A DNA stretch of 64,000 nt from a virus (IMGVR_UViG_3300037461_000986:1-64000); one strand, 5' to 3'. Counted from the stretch's first letter, positions 36,031-45,567 are shown. Translations and numbers: made by a program. Notes: generated by a model not told the origin, from the letters alone.

Positions 36031-39000
36031 CTACTCCGTGATGCGTACTTTGGTGCTGCCGGCGGTCGCGCGCACGGCGTCGATCCAAACGTACTGCCCG
36101 GCCCCGGGCGTCTCGCCGAACAGCCCGAAGGCGCCCGGCAAAATGTGATTCGTATCGACCGCGGTGGCGACGCCCGCGTGCGCGCCGCTCATGGTCAGGG
36201 TGATGGTGCTGCCGGTCGCGGCCAGCTCAAGCGTGACGACCGCGCTCGCCGTGTAGGTCACGGCCTCGGTGGTCAGCACGGAGACCTGCTGCACGCCCGC
36301 GCCGTCGCGGTAGTAACGCGCGATGACCAGGTTGGCCGTGGCGGCCCCCGTACAATGCAGATAGCCCGCATAGCCGTGCGCCAGGCCTAGGCCCGCGAAC
36401 GCCCACTGGAGGCGCGTGAACAGGCCCACCTTGCCGCCCGACGGGGCCTTGACCTCCGCCAGCACGGCGCAGTCCCGCAGGTAGGGATAGGCGATCCAGC
36501 GCTCCCAGCCGACCTGGTCACAGCGCGCCTGATTCGACGAGATGTTCCAGCCGTTGCCGGTCTGGATGATGACGTCCCAATTGCTGCCGAGGTTGGCGTC
36601 GTCCCCGCGCGTGAACGTGTCGCTGTAACGGAAGGTGCCGCGCGCCGAGACCTGCCCCGATGTCGGGTCGCGGTCGCCGATGAGCAGCGCCCCCTGCGGA
36701 AAGGGCGCCTTGGTGTAGCGCGCCTTCCAGAGGCGGTCCATCTCGAGCGTCTGCGGCTCGGCCCACCAGCCGCCGCCGTGCAGGATGACGCTCGCGGGCG
36801 CGATCCAGGTGGCGGGCGTCATGCGCGAGGCCATGATCTCCCAGCCCTCGGCCCAGCCGTTGCGCACGACCAGCCCGCTGCCGATGCCCGCGTGATTCCA
36901 GATCTCGATCTGGATCGGCGTGTCGAACCGGCTTAGCGCGGTGTCGCGGATGTACCCGCCCCAGTAGCAGGGCACGTCTATGCTGTCCATATCCTCGCCT
37001 TGAACGCGCCACAGCCGCAGCACCGGCTCGGGCGTACTAACCGCAGTGCCGCGCACGTACTCGCGCTGGGCGCTCGAGGAGTTGACCGCCCACAACTCAA
37101 AATGGCTGCCCTCGTCACCGCCGATGGTGGCCAGCTTGACGTCGCTAGTCATCGAGATGAACGGCGCGGCCGGCAGCCAGTCCAGTTGCAGCCGGAACCA
37201 GCGCGGGTCGAGCGCGTCCGCCCAGGTCGCCGTCTCGACCGCGCGGGTCGTGCCCGCGGGGCTCCAGCTCGACGGCCACAGCGTATCGACCTGCACCATC
37301 GGAGCATCGACGAGCATGCCCTGCGCTTGCCGATAACCCCGCACGTATAACCGCAACTCGTCCTCGGTGTAGTCCGGACGCGCCATGGCAAGGTTGACGG
37401 CCGCATGGTCACGCCACCACCACTGCGGTGGGTGCATGTAATAAGTACGCACGCGACGCGTCGTAATAATGCCTGCACCGCTGTCGCCCGGCGCGATGTT
37501 GAGGCGTGCGTACATAGCGGACTGCGTGGCCGGCGCTACAGTATCCGCGCGCACGCTCCAACTCATGTTCGCTTTGTCCCACGCGCCGACATCAATATGG
37601 CTGTTTAGCGTCACATAGCCGTAGTTGTAATCGGCCGGCCGCCCCATCTCGTCATCGGCCACGTAGTGCGCGTAAAAGCCGCGCATATTATTTCTATCGG
37701 TTTCATCCGTCCCATCCGACAGCCGCTCGAGCCCGCCGAACAGCATGTGTACGTATTTGCCCAACGTTGAGTCATAGGTGCGCACGCCGCGCCAGTAGCG
37801 GAACGGACGAATCCACTCCTCGTCCCCGGCGTAGTCTTCGGGGTCGCCGTCATCGGACAAACCCGCCTGGAGCACGTGGTTCTCGACCGCATCGAAACCC
37901 GCGCCGTTCCAATGGATGCTCCAGGTCGAGTGATACACGTCCCCGCTGCCGACGTGCTCGCCGCCATAGAACCAGACCGTATCCACGCCGTCGTAGACCA
38001 CCGCGCAGTGCATAATCGAAGGCGGCTTGCCCGGTTCCGTGTCATCGAACGCGCCGGGGTCCACGTCGTACTCGTCCAGGGATCCATCGCTGGGATCGAA
38101 CACGCGCACGCGCAGGCCCAGCTCGCCGTCATACGTCCCGCCGACGAGTACGATCATGCCGTCCAGGTCGCCGCCCGAGCAGAAGGCGGAGCCCATGCCG
38201 TAGTCGGCATCGCCCAGCAGATCGGAGCCCACTTCGGTCAAGGTCTCGGCCGTGCAGTTCGCCTTGTGCACCTTGGGCGTGTCCGCCGCCGCACCCCGAC
38301 CGCCAAAGATATAGAGGTTGCCATTCGCATGATCGAGGCAAGCACCCGCGTCCTCGAGTGAATCTGTATGAGTCGTAAGAGGAGTTGGCGTCCAAACCCC
38401 AACACTGAGTGTGTACTTCACAAATACCGCACTCGTCGGAACATCTTTATCGCCCAAACCCACGAGATAAATTACGCTCGTCGGAGTCGACTTACCAAGA
38501 CGCCATTGCTTATGTAATGAAAACTGAGTCCAAGATGCACCCTCGAAAAGAAATACAGGGTCGCTCACTAAATCGCACGAATACACACGAAGTTCACTAG
38601 CTCCAGTCTCACCTTCCGCACGCGCCGCCAGCACGACGCTAGTGGTTGCTCCATGTATAAATACGATATCGGCGCCACCCTCTTCATCATACCGATCTGG
38701 CTCCGGCAACTCCATGGTCACGTCGATGCTCGCGCGCACCGGCCGACCCGTACTGAGCATGTGCTTCTCCGCGGACGTGCTCGCCGCGAGGATCGCCCTC
38801 GAGCGGCTCCAATACTGCGGCCGATAACCGTCAGCGGTAATTGTTGACCACTCCTCGAACTCGGAGTTGGGCACCTGGTTGTCGCCCACCTCGTGCTCGA
38901 TGAGCACCGCCGCCTTGCGCTCCGTGAGCCCGCCCTGCGCCACGAGGGCCATGGCGATGATGTGATCGAAGTTGTAGTCGGAGGCGGACTTGTAGGTCTC

Positions 39001-40053
39001 CAAGTCCGACGTGACGACCTGGCCCGACACCTTGTTGTGCTCGCCGACCATCGACACGCAAGGGATGCCGCCGTTCTCGGTCTGGCTCAGCGTCGAGAGG
39101 TACGAATGCCAGTGCGGCCGCCAGCGCGACCGGAAGTAGTTCACCCACAGGTCCGGGTTCGGCCCCTCGTGCACGCGCCGCGCTTGCACCGCGCGCAGCA
39201 GGCGCCAGATCGTCCAGTCCGCCCAGAGCTTCTCATAATCATCTTCACCCAGATTGCGGAAGCACCGGTCACGCGACACGTAGCGCGCGCCGTCACCCGC
39301 CGTGGCGTGCTGGTCGAGCGCCCACGCAATCGGACGCGGGTCGCCGCCGTTGTACCGCCATGCCTCCATCGCCGTTGCCTCGAGGCAGCAGGTGATGGGC
39401 GCGTCGCCCTTGCTCTCGCCCGCCGTCGGAACGAACTCGTCCCAATACCAGGGCCAGACGCGATTGAGGTTGATGCCCGTATCGACGCCGCTCGGATGCG
39501 GGCCGAGCAGGTTGATGTTGCGCTGGCCAAGGTAGTAGCCGTCCGGGTTGCAGCACGGCATGAAGACGATGTTGAACTGGTTCCGCAACGGCGCGAAGTC
39601 GTCGTGCGTCATCAGCAACTCGAACGCCTTGAGCGTGCCGAGTACGCCGTCCGGCTCGTTGCCATGGATCAGCGTATCAACTAGGAAATACTCGGGCGCA
39701 TCGATCATATAGGTGAGCAGCTCGAGCGGGCGGCCGTCCTGCGATAGGCCATCCCCGCAGGCGATACGCTGAAAGCCGCTGACGCCCGCCAGCGCCGCCT
39801 CGAGGGTATCAAGCTCATCAGTATAAACGTGCGTCTGCTCGCCAACGCGGTCGTAGCAACCGATCTCATTGGAATACCGCACGAATCCCTGGGATTCCGA
39901 GAAGCGGTGATAGATGGGAATGTTGCCGACGCTGGCCAGAATGCGGTCTGCCTGCACGCGCGGGGTGTTCGGCCCCACGGGCCTGCCCGAGATGGGGCAC
40001 CACGCATCGGAGGCGCGCGAAAAGGCCATTTGCTCAAACGTGAGCCGCTTCAT
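36031..40053 (-). CDS. M14 zinc-carboxypeptidase domain fused to a Kelch-like propeller and a ConA-like C-terminal domain (1340 aa)
   Basis: The start was re-set to ATG 40053 (MKRLTFEQ...), which overlaps the upstream stop as ATGA. M14 motifs appear in order: LIHGNEPDG (HxxE, 39655-39666), VFMPCCNPDGY, GINLNRVW, ALDQHAT, VGEHN. Four hhhhGG blade motifs follow (LYIFGGRG, MIVLVGGTYDG, VWFYGGEHVG, HMLFGGLERL). Confidence 0.8.
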   Translation of the reverse strand: MKRLTFEQMAFSRASDAWCPISGRPVGPNTPRVQADRILASVGNIPIYHRFSESQGFVRYSNEIGCYDRVGEQTHVYTDELDTLEAALAGVSGFQRIACGDGLSQDGRPLELLTYMIDAPEYFLVDTLIHGNEPDGVLGTLKAFELLMTHDDFAPLRNQFNIVFMPCCNPDGYYLGQRNINLLGPHPSGVDTGINLNRVWPWYWDEFVPTAGESKGDAPITCCLEATAMEAWRYNGGDPRPIAWALDQHATAGDGARYVSRDRCFRNLGEDDYEKLWADWTIWRLLRAVQARRVHEGPNPDLWVNYFRSRWRPHWHSYLSTLSQTENGGIPCVSMVGEHNKVSGQVVTSDLETYKSASDYNFDHIIAMALVAQGGLTERKAAVLIEHEVGDNQVPNSEFEEWSTITADGYRPQYWSRSRAILAASTSAEKHMLSTGRPVRASIDVTMELPEPDRYDEEGGADIVFIHGATTSVVLAARAEGETGASELRVYSCDLVSDPVFLFEGASWTQFSLHKQWRLGKSTPTSVIYLVGLGDKDVPTSAVFVKYTLSVGVWTPTPLTTHTDSLEDAGACLDHANGNLYIFGGRGAAADTPKVHKANCTAETLTEVGSDLLGDADYGMGSAFCSGGDLDGMIVLVGGTYDGELGLRVRVFDPSDGSLDEYDVDPGAFDDTEPGKPPSIMHCAVVYDGVDTVWFYGGEHVGSGDVYHSTWSIHWNGAGFDAVENHVLQAGLSDDGDPEDYAGDEEWIRPFRYWRGVRTYDSTLGKYVHMLFGGLERLSDGTDETDRNNMRGFYAHYVADDEMGRPADYNYGYVTLNSHIDVGAWDKANMSWSVRADTVAPATQSAMYARLNIAPGDSGAGIITTRRVRTYYMHPPQWWWRDHAAVNLAMARPDYTEDELRLYVRGYRQAQGMLVDAPMVQVDTLWPSSWSPAGTTRAVETATWADALDPRWFRLQLDWLPAAPFISMTSDVKLATIGGDEGSHFELWAVNSSSAQREYVRGTAVSTPEPVLRLWRVQGEDMDSIDVPCYWGGYIRDTALSRFDTPIQIEIWNHAGIGSGLVVRNGWAEGWEIMASRMTPATWIAPASVILHGGGWWAEPQTLEMDRLWKARYTKAPFPQGALLIGDRDPTSGQVSARGTFRYSDTFTRGDDANLGSNWDVIIQTGNGWNISSNQARCDQVGWERWIAYPYLRDCAVLAEVKAPSGGKVGLFTRLQWAFAGLGLAHGYAGYLHCTGAATANLVIARYYRDGAGVQQVSVLTTEAVTYTASAVVTLELAATGSTITLTMSGAHAGVATAVDTNHILPGAFGLFGETPGAGQYVWIDAVRATAGSTKVRITE

Positions 40054-41414
40054 AGTGGATTCGCCCCTCGCGCAAGGTCGCGCATGCGCGCGGAAAGCGC
40101 GCGCGCTGTAGCTCGGTTGATGCGGTTGGTGCCGTAGGCGACCCGCGAGATCATGCACTCGGCGGGCGAGCCGTCCGTCGCGCTATTGCCGATGATGAGC
40201 GTGCCGGGCGTGGGCGTCTGCGGATACCACGTCGCCGGATTGAACGCGCCGTCTAGGCGCTCGCCGTTGACCCAGAGCGTGGCCTGCGTATCGGTATTCA
40301 CCTCCTCCCAGGTCGCCACGATGCCCAGCGCCGCGAAGTCGTCCCACGAGGTCGGCCCATCGAGGAACGCGAAGTTCGTCCCGGACGTGTCCCCGAGCGT
40401 GACCACCACGCGGTCGTAGGTGTCGCTCATGGACACGCGCAGGCGCCATGTATCGCAATCGAGGTTGAGCATGCCCAGGAAGCGGTAGTTCGCGTTGCCC
40501 GCGTTGTCCGTGTGCCCGCGATCCGTCGAGCGGTCCGGCAGCACCACGCTCATCGCCAGCCACCCGCTCGGGCGCAGGCAGACCTCGGCCACCGAGGACC
40601 GCACGGCGTACTCCAGGCGCGAGTCGGCGCCGAAGCCCGCGCGCGTGATGCGCTCCGAGCCGGTGTACTGATTGAAGAACCCCGGGAACGCGAACTCCCA
40701 CTTGCCGTTATCGGCCACCACGGCGATCGAGCCGTAGCCGGTGGTCGAGGCGTTGTTCGGCACTAGGATGCTGAGCGCCCACCAACCGTCGTACCCGAGG
40801 CTGCGATAGACCGGGGTCGAGGTGGCGCGCGTGCCGGCCGTCGCGTTCCAGCCGAGCGTCACGATGCCGGCCGGGTCCTCGGTGCCGCTCTCCCCGCGCA
40901 CGAGCACCTGGAACTGCCGCAGGTAGGTCGCACTGCGCGCCTGGGACTTCTCCACGACGCAGTCATTGACCGCGTCCAGCGAGCTGTCGAGGTACACCCG
41001 GCGGCGGCTCGTGGCGATGTCGGGATCGCGTGCGATGCTCGGGAAGTCCGCGCCATCCTCGCTGAGCTGGCTCGCGTCCGTCGGCGCCACCACCGCGTAG
41101 TTGTACTTCGAGGTCCCATAGCCAACGTGATAGTTGGCGTTGGTCATGTAGAACGCACCGACGCTGCCGAGGCAGCGGTCCTTGCCCGCGGCCGTGTCGA
41201 TGCCGTCGGTCATGAACGTCCACTGCTTGTGGCTGTTCATGATGAGCCACTTGGCGGTGCTCGCCCCGCTCGCCGTCTCGTAGACCTCCGCGAGCATGGG
41301 GCCGCCCGCCTTCGCCGGCCCGACCGCCTGCTGCGCGCGGAGCGCGTCCCAGTAGAAGCGCGGGCGCAGCCGCAGGATCGCGCTCGCCCCGGCGCCTACC
41401 AGGCCGCCCATCAT
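40050..41414 (-). CDS. LamG-like lectin-domain protein
   Basis: The start was re-set to ATG 41414 (MMGGLVGAG...), an ATGA overlap with the upstream stop. The C-terminus TLWVNGERLDGAFNP....GTLIIGNSATDGSPAECMISRVAYG is a LamG signature. Confidence 0.65.
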   Translation of the reverse strand: MMGGLVGAGASAILRLRPRFYWDALRAQQAVGPAKAGGPMLAEVYETASGASTAKWLIMNSHKQWTFMTDGIDTAAGKDRCLGSVGAFYMTNANYHVGYGTSKYNYAVVAPTDASQLSEDGADFPSIARDPDIATSRRRVYLDSSLDAVNDCVVEKSQARSATYLRQFQVLVRGESGTEDPAGIVTLGWNATAGTRATSTPVYRSLGYDGWWALSILVPNNASTTGYGSIAVVADNGKWEFAFPGFFNQYTGSERITRAGFGADSRLEYAVRSSVAEVCLRPSGWLAMSVVLPDRSTDRGHTDNAGNANYRFLGMLNLDCDTWRLRVSMSDTYDRVVVTLGDTSGTNFAFLDGPTSWDDFAALGIVATWEEVNTDTQATLWVNGERLDGAFNPATWYPQTPTPGTLIIGNSATDGSPAECMISRVAYGTNRINRATARALSARMRDLARGANPL

Positions 41415-44311
41415 CGCAGCACCCCGAGGCTCATCGGCAGCACGCGCACGTAGAAGGTGGCCTCGTTCGTCGCGTGGTTGTTCCGCACATGCAGGAACGC
41501 GCGCCCGCGATTGGCGGGCGTGCTGTCCTCGTTGCGGAAGGGCACGTTCTCGAACTCGACCACCGAGCAGACCAGCGAGTCGGCCGCCCACGACGAGCCG
41601 TCCACGAGCACCTCATCTAGGTCCATGTTGCCCGCCGAGCGCGCGAGGATGCGCACCAGCTCGTAGCGGTTCGCGTCCTCGAAGACGACCGCCGCCTCGT
41701 CCGTGTCAAACATGTCCTCGTCGTTCACCTCTACGTAGTCCTGCGCCGCGGGCAGGATCGCGGAGAGGTAGCTCTGCCGCGCGACGCCGCTTGCCTGCCA
41801 CATCACGTCGCGCCCGTATCCTTGCGACGTGCGGTAGACCCGCAGCCGGAAGTCGGTCGAGTAGTTGTCCGGGTCGGCGACCACGGCCCAGACCTGCACG
41901 AGTTGCAGGATGCCCGCGTCGCCGGTCGTCAGGATCTCCAGCATCTCGTCGCCGCCCGCGCTCAGCGCCGCGGTGGCGTAGTCCGCCTGCGCCTCGGCAA
42001 TCGAGTCGGCCAGCTCCCACGTCCCCGGCGTGCCGGCCCCGGTGCAGCGATACTTGATGCCCTCGTCGTCGAGCACCTCGTGCCCGGCCGCGTAGGTGCC
42101 GGCCGTCGGCGCGCCGGTCGCGCCCAGCGGCGTGCAGCCCACCGCGTCGAACAGCTTCTTCGCCGCGACTACCTCATCCGTGGTCGTGGTGACCGCGTTG
42201 GCGATGGCGACCCCGGCCGCGCTCAAGGTCGGGTAGACGTCGGCAGTGAGGTCGGGCTTGAGCTTGAGCTTGCCGGTCGCGAACTGGAGCCCGCCGTCGG
42301 AGGGGAGCGCGACGCGCGGCTTGCCGAGGCCGTCGTCCTCGATGCCGTCGCCGTATGGTGATGGAATGGCCGGAGGAGAAGCAGACGGCTGGAAACCGCC
42401 TGCAGTAACCGCAATGTCAAACGTCTGACTCGGGACCACGCCCGTAACGAATGCCGTGCCGTAAAGCGTGCCCGCCGTCTCGAGCTCGAAGCCGAACGGT
42501 TCCGCCGACCGATAGGTATCCGCGTCGCTCAGGTCGACGACCATGGTATAGACCGGCTCGAGCCGAGCGACGTCCTGATACAGGATGACCGTGAGCGTGC
42601 CCGTGCCCGTGGTAGGCGTGACCGCCAACATGTAGCCCACGCCTTCGGTGACATATAGGTTCGCATCGACCGCTGTGAAGTCCGTGTCGTCTACGAGATC
42701 AATAGCGGTCTCTTCAAAGCTAACGAGGTGCACGGCACCACGAGCAGCAAGCTCGTCAAGCGCGTTTTGATAATTCCTCGCCGAAAGTCCCGAGACCGCG
42801 TTGTCATATTCGTTCGGCACTTCGATGTCGAAGTCCAGGTTTGTATAGACAACGTCCAAGCCAGCACGACCTTTGAGCGTCTTGGCGGCAAGCTCTGCAA
42901 ACGTTCCTTCGTCGTCAGTTCCGAAAAGGATCTCCGTACCGACATCCCAGCCCAAGAGGCTGACCGTGTCCAATAGTACAATCGCACCCTGGCCATGGAT
43001 GCCCGTGGTGCACGTATCAAACCGCGTCTGCGGAGCTACGCCGCCCGGATGAACCAATTCGAGAATGCTGTCATAAAAGTCTATGCCGACATCGCAGTCG
43101 GCGAAGTAGACCCCCTCTTGAGAGAGAATCGTACCGCCGTGCGTCATATATACGCCAAAAAGCTGTCGACTAAAGGTGGTGCGGTAAAGCGTTGCGTAGG
43201 CGTGATCGTATGAATTATACCCCCATCCTGTGTCATCCAGAGAATGAAAGGCACAATTCCAAAAACTAGAAGAGCTGTACCCGTCTAGGACGTAACCATA
43301 GTTTGATAAGTTGTAATAGCAACCGTAGTGATTAATACCAACGATATTGGAGCTGATCAACGAAGTGGCTGATATGCGGGTCAGGTCCACTTTATAACAA
43401 TTAAGAAAGTTCGCACTGTCAGTCCACGAAGCCGCCTCGTCCAGCCAAAGGTTCTCGATGCTCACTGGCACGCCGCACTGCCTTGCACCAAAATAAATCG
43501 AAGGCCATTCGCCGAAATCATACTTGACACCAGGGTCGGACTCGAGCTCTTCCAGCAGCTCTGGTGCTGCATAGATTGTTCCGACAGGAGTTCCCGCTAG
43601 TCCCGTATGCAGCGCCATGTAAAGCGTAGTCTCGTCATTCGAGTACACCGGATATTGCGCAGAGCCAGGAGCTAAACCAACGAAGTGCCGCCGCCATTGT
43701 TCAGGCGTCCATGCCTTTGCCGGGTCTTGAATCCAGATGCGAGAACCGCGCGTTGCAATATCATTTTGATAAGCTGTCGCAGTGAATGTTTCAACCGCAG
43801 TGAGGACGCCAACGAGGGAAATGCGTCCAGTGCCGTAGAACGCCTTCAAATAGAGATGCCCGTCGGCGTTGCGCGCGCGAATGTCATTACGAAAGTTGAT
43901 GGTCAACACCGCGTTGATTTCGCGCGGCAGGGCATCGGTCGCTCCGGGGATCAAAAAGCCAAACGTCTTCTTCGCCGTGCCCCAGGTGAGGCCATCGTTG
44001 CCGTCGTCGCCAGCCGTGCCGTCGACATAGTAGGTTGTGTCGACGTCAATGGCCGAGCCACCCATCGTCTGCTCGACCCAATCGCCGTTGGTGATGCCGC
44101 CAGAGAGCGTATAGACCTTGTTCTCGGACAGTACCTTGACCCACATGCCCTCCTTGCGGCGGTCATCAGTGATGGCATCGCGCTCGAGGGAATCCGCCAC
44201 CGCGCGGAATCCGCCTCGCCCGTAGGTGTCATCGTGGGTCGGGTATGGATCGGACGTGAGGGACGGGGCGATGAAGCCGCCGACGCGAACGCTGCCGGGT
44301 ATTGTTGGCAT
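41411..44311 (-). CDS. tail fibre / tailspike with a beta-helix module paralogous to modules of the giant protein
   Basis: 966 aa. Residues 94-523 (YYVDGTAGDDGNDGLTWGTAKKTFGFL...EYDNAVSGLSARNYQNALDELAA) are collinear with aa 90-515 and 523-958 of the 3407-aa protein. Confidence 0.75.
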   Translation of the reverse strand: MPTIPGSVRVGGFIAPSLTSDPYPTHDDTYGRGGFRAVADSLERDAITDDRRKEGMWVKVLSENKVYTLSGGITNGDWVEQTMGGSAIDVDTTYYVDGTAGDDGNDGLTWGTAKKTFGFLIPGATDALPREINAVLTINFRNDIRARNADGHLYLKAFYGTGRISLVGVLTAVETFTATAYQNDIATRGSRIWIQDPAKAWTPEQWRRHFVGLAPGSAQYPVYSNDETTLYMALHTGLAGTPVGTIYAAPELLEELESDPGVKYDFGEWPSIYFGARQCGVPVSIENLWLDEAASWTDSANFLNCYKVDLTRISATSLISSNIVGINHYGCYYNLSNYGYVLDGYSSSSFWNCAFHSLDDTGWGYNSYDHAYATLYRTTFSRQLFGVYMTHGGTILSQEGVYFADCDVGIDFYDSILELVHPGGVAPQTRFDTCTTGIHGQGAIVLLDTVSLLGWDVGTEILFGTDDEGTFAELAAKTLKGRAGLDVVYTNLDFDIEVPNEYDNAVSGLSARNYQNALDELAARGAVHLVSFEETAIDLVDDTDFTAVDANLYVTEGVGYMLAVTPTTGTGTLTVILYQDVARLEPVYTMVVDLSDADTYRSAEPFGFELETAGTLYGTAFVTGVVPSQTFDIAVTAGGFQPSASPPAIPSPYGDGIEDDGLGKPRVALPSDGGLQFATGKLKLKPDLTADVYPTLSAAGVAIANAVTTTTDEVVAAKKLFDAVGCTPLGATGAPTAGTYAAGHEVLDDEGIKYRCTGAGTPGTWELADSIAEAQADYATAALSAGGDEMLEILTTGDAGILQLVQVWAVVADPDNYSTDFRLRVYRTSQGYGRDVMWQASGVARQSYLSAILPAAQDYVEVNDEDMFDTDEAAVVFEDANRYELVRILARSAGNMDLDEVLVDGSSWAADSLVCSVVEFENVPFRNEDSTPANRGRAFLHVRNNHATNEATFYVRVLPMSLGVLR

Positions 44312-44312
44312 G

Positions 44313-45251
44313 TCAGCTCACCACGATGTTGATGGCGCCACCAATTAGGTTGGTGGTCCGATGCACGTTGTAGTTCGTCGTCACGCCGTTGGCGTTGGTT
44401 ACGGATACCGTGGCGACGGCCTCCATGGGCACGTCGAGATTCGTGGACTGGTCCTTGAACGAGGTCGCGGTGCCGAGCGCGGCCGCATAGGCGAGATACT
44501 TGTACTTGAGCTCGTCCTCGACAAACGCATAGGTGCCCGCGAAGCCCGCCGCGAGCGCGTTGGCACGCAGGCCCTCGACGCCCGCCTCGTTGAGCGACGC
44601 GGAGGCCGACTCGCCGTAGTACGTGCGCCACTGCCAGACGTAGGTCGCGTCCCGCGTAAAGGTGTTGCTGCGCGTGTCATCCGCGCGCACGCGGAACACG
44701 TGCGAGGTCGCGGTCGTCTTGGTGATCGCCGCGAGCGTCACGGCCTGGCTGCCGTCGTCCGCGATGTTGGACGCCAGCGTTCCGCTGCCGGTCACGTCGA
44801 GGATGTCGACGGTGTTCGGCGCCACGTTGCTGGGGTTGGTGGTCGTCCAGGAGAAGGTCGGATCGACGAGCAGCGACGCGCCGACCTCGACCGGCGAGCT
44901 TTGTCCGGCCATCGCGAACGCGCTGAATGCCGGGTACTGGTACGGGTACAGCAGGCCGTCCAGGACGTCGTCGAGCGCCATTCCGGCGAACGTCGAGCCC
45001 GCCTCCCAGCCGCCCACGTCCTCGGGCATCGGGGTCGCGTTGGTATAGTCCGGGATCGCCGCCATCGGCTCCCAGGTCACGGGCGCGTGGTTCGCGAGCA
45101 CCCAACAGCTTTGGTTGTCGAGCTGGCGCGCGCCCTTGCCGACGTCGGCGGCGGTCAGGCCCACCGCGCCCAGGCGCGCCGCGGCGTCCGCGTACTCGAA
45201 CGAAAAGGGGCCGTGGCGTTGCGCCAGCGGGATTGCCTTGTGTTGCGTCAT
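44313..45251 (-). CDS. hypothetical fibre-associated protein
   Basis: 312 aa. N-terminal motif GKGARQLDNQSCWVLANHAPVTW. The remainder is beta-rich and Thr/Ser-rich. Confidence 0.6.
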   Translation of the reverse strand: MTQHKAIPLAQRHGPFSFEYADAAARLGAVGLTAADVGKGARQLDNQSCWVLANHAPVTWEPMAAIPDYTNATPMPEDVGGWEAGSTFAGMALDDVLDGLLYPYQYPAFSAFAMAGQSSPVEVGASLLVDPTFSWTTTNPSNVAPNTVDILDVTGSGTLASNIADDGSQAVTLAAITKTTATSHVFRVRADDTRSNTFTRDATYVWQWRTYYGESASASLNEAGVEGLRANALAAGFAGTYAFVEDELKYKYLAYAAALGTATSFKDQSTNLDVPMEAVATVSVTNANGVTTNYNVHRTTNLIGGAINIVVS

Positions 45252-45262
45252 CGCGCGCCTCC

Positions 45263-45526
45263 TTAGCGGCCGCGGTTACAGAGCTGCTTGAGCACGCGCA
45301 CCGCGTTGTCGAACCGCTGGCTCTCGGAGTTCGCATAGGCGAACAGCAGGTCATCCCAGCGGCCGGCGTCATCGCGAAACGCGAACTCGTACTCCACGTT
45401 ACCCAGCCCTTGCCCGCGCGACTTGTGCGCGCGAACGATCTCGAGATTGTTCATGTAGGCGAACGCGGCGAACGACAAGTTCGAGGTTTCTCGAACCGGC
45501 GCCCCGCGCGATAGGTCTGCACTCAT
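45263..45526 (-). CDS. small hypothetical protein (possibly DUF5659-like)
   Basis: 87 aa. ..SFAAFAYMNNLEIVRAH.....VEYEFAFRDD...DLLFAYANSESQRFDNAVRVLKQL resembles my recollection of that family. This is not verified. Confidence 0.45.
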   Translation of the reverse strand: MSADLSRGAPVRETSNLSFAAFAYMNNLEIVRAHKSRGQGLGNVEYEFAFRDDAGRWDDLLFAYANSESQRFDNAVRVLKQLCNRGR

Positions 45527-45567
45527 GGCTGCTCCTGCGTTCGAGGCCTGCGGCCCGGCTGATACGG

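Noticed and set aside
40054-40158. N-terminal extensions of several track ORFs: 36031..40158, 40050..41591, 6061..7146, 48731..49591, 49494..50297, 52083..56354, 57211..57945, 60209..60739, 61066..61881 and 61521..62021.
   Set aside because: The extra residues are Arg/Pro/Ser-rich and overlap the 3' end of the upstream gene. An internal ATG or GTG with an RBS or a stop/start overlap gives a sensible N-terminus.
24575-44311. A diversity-generating retroelement targeting the fibre genes.
   Set aside because: No reverse transcriptase ORF is present, and I saw no near-identical template/variable repeat pair. The repeated modules are diverged paralogs rather than A-specific variants. An exhaustive repeat search was not possible by eye.
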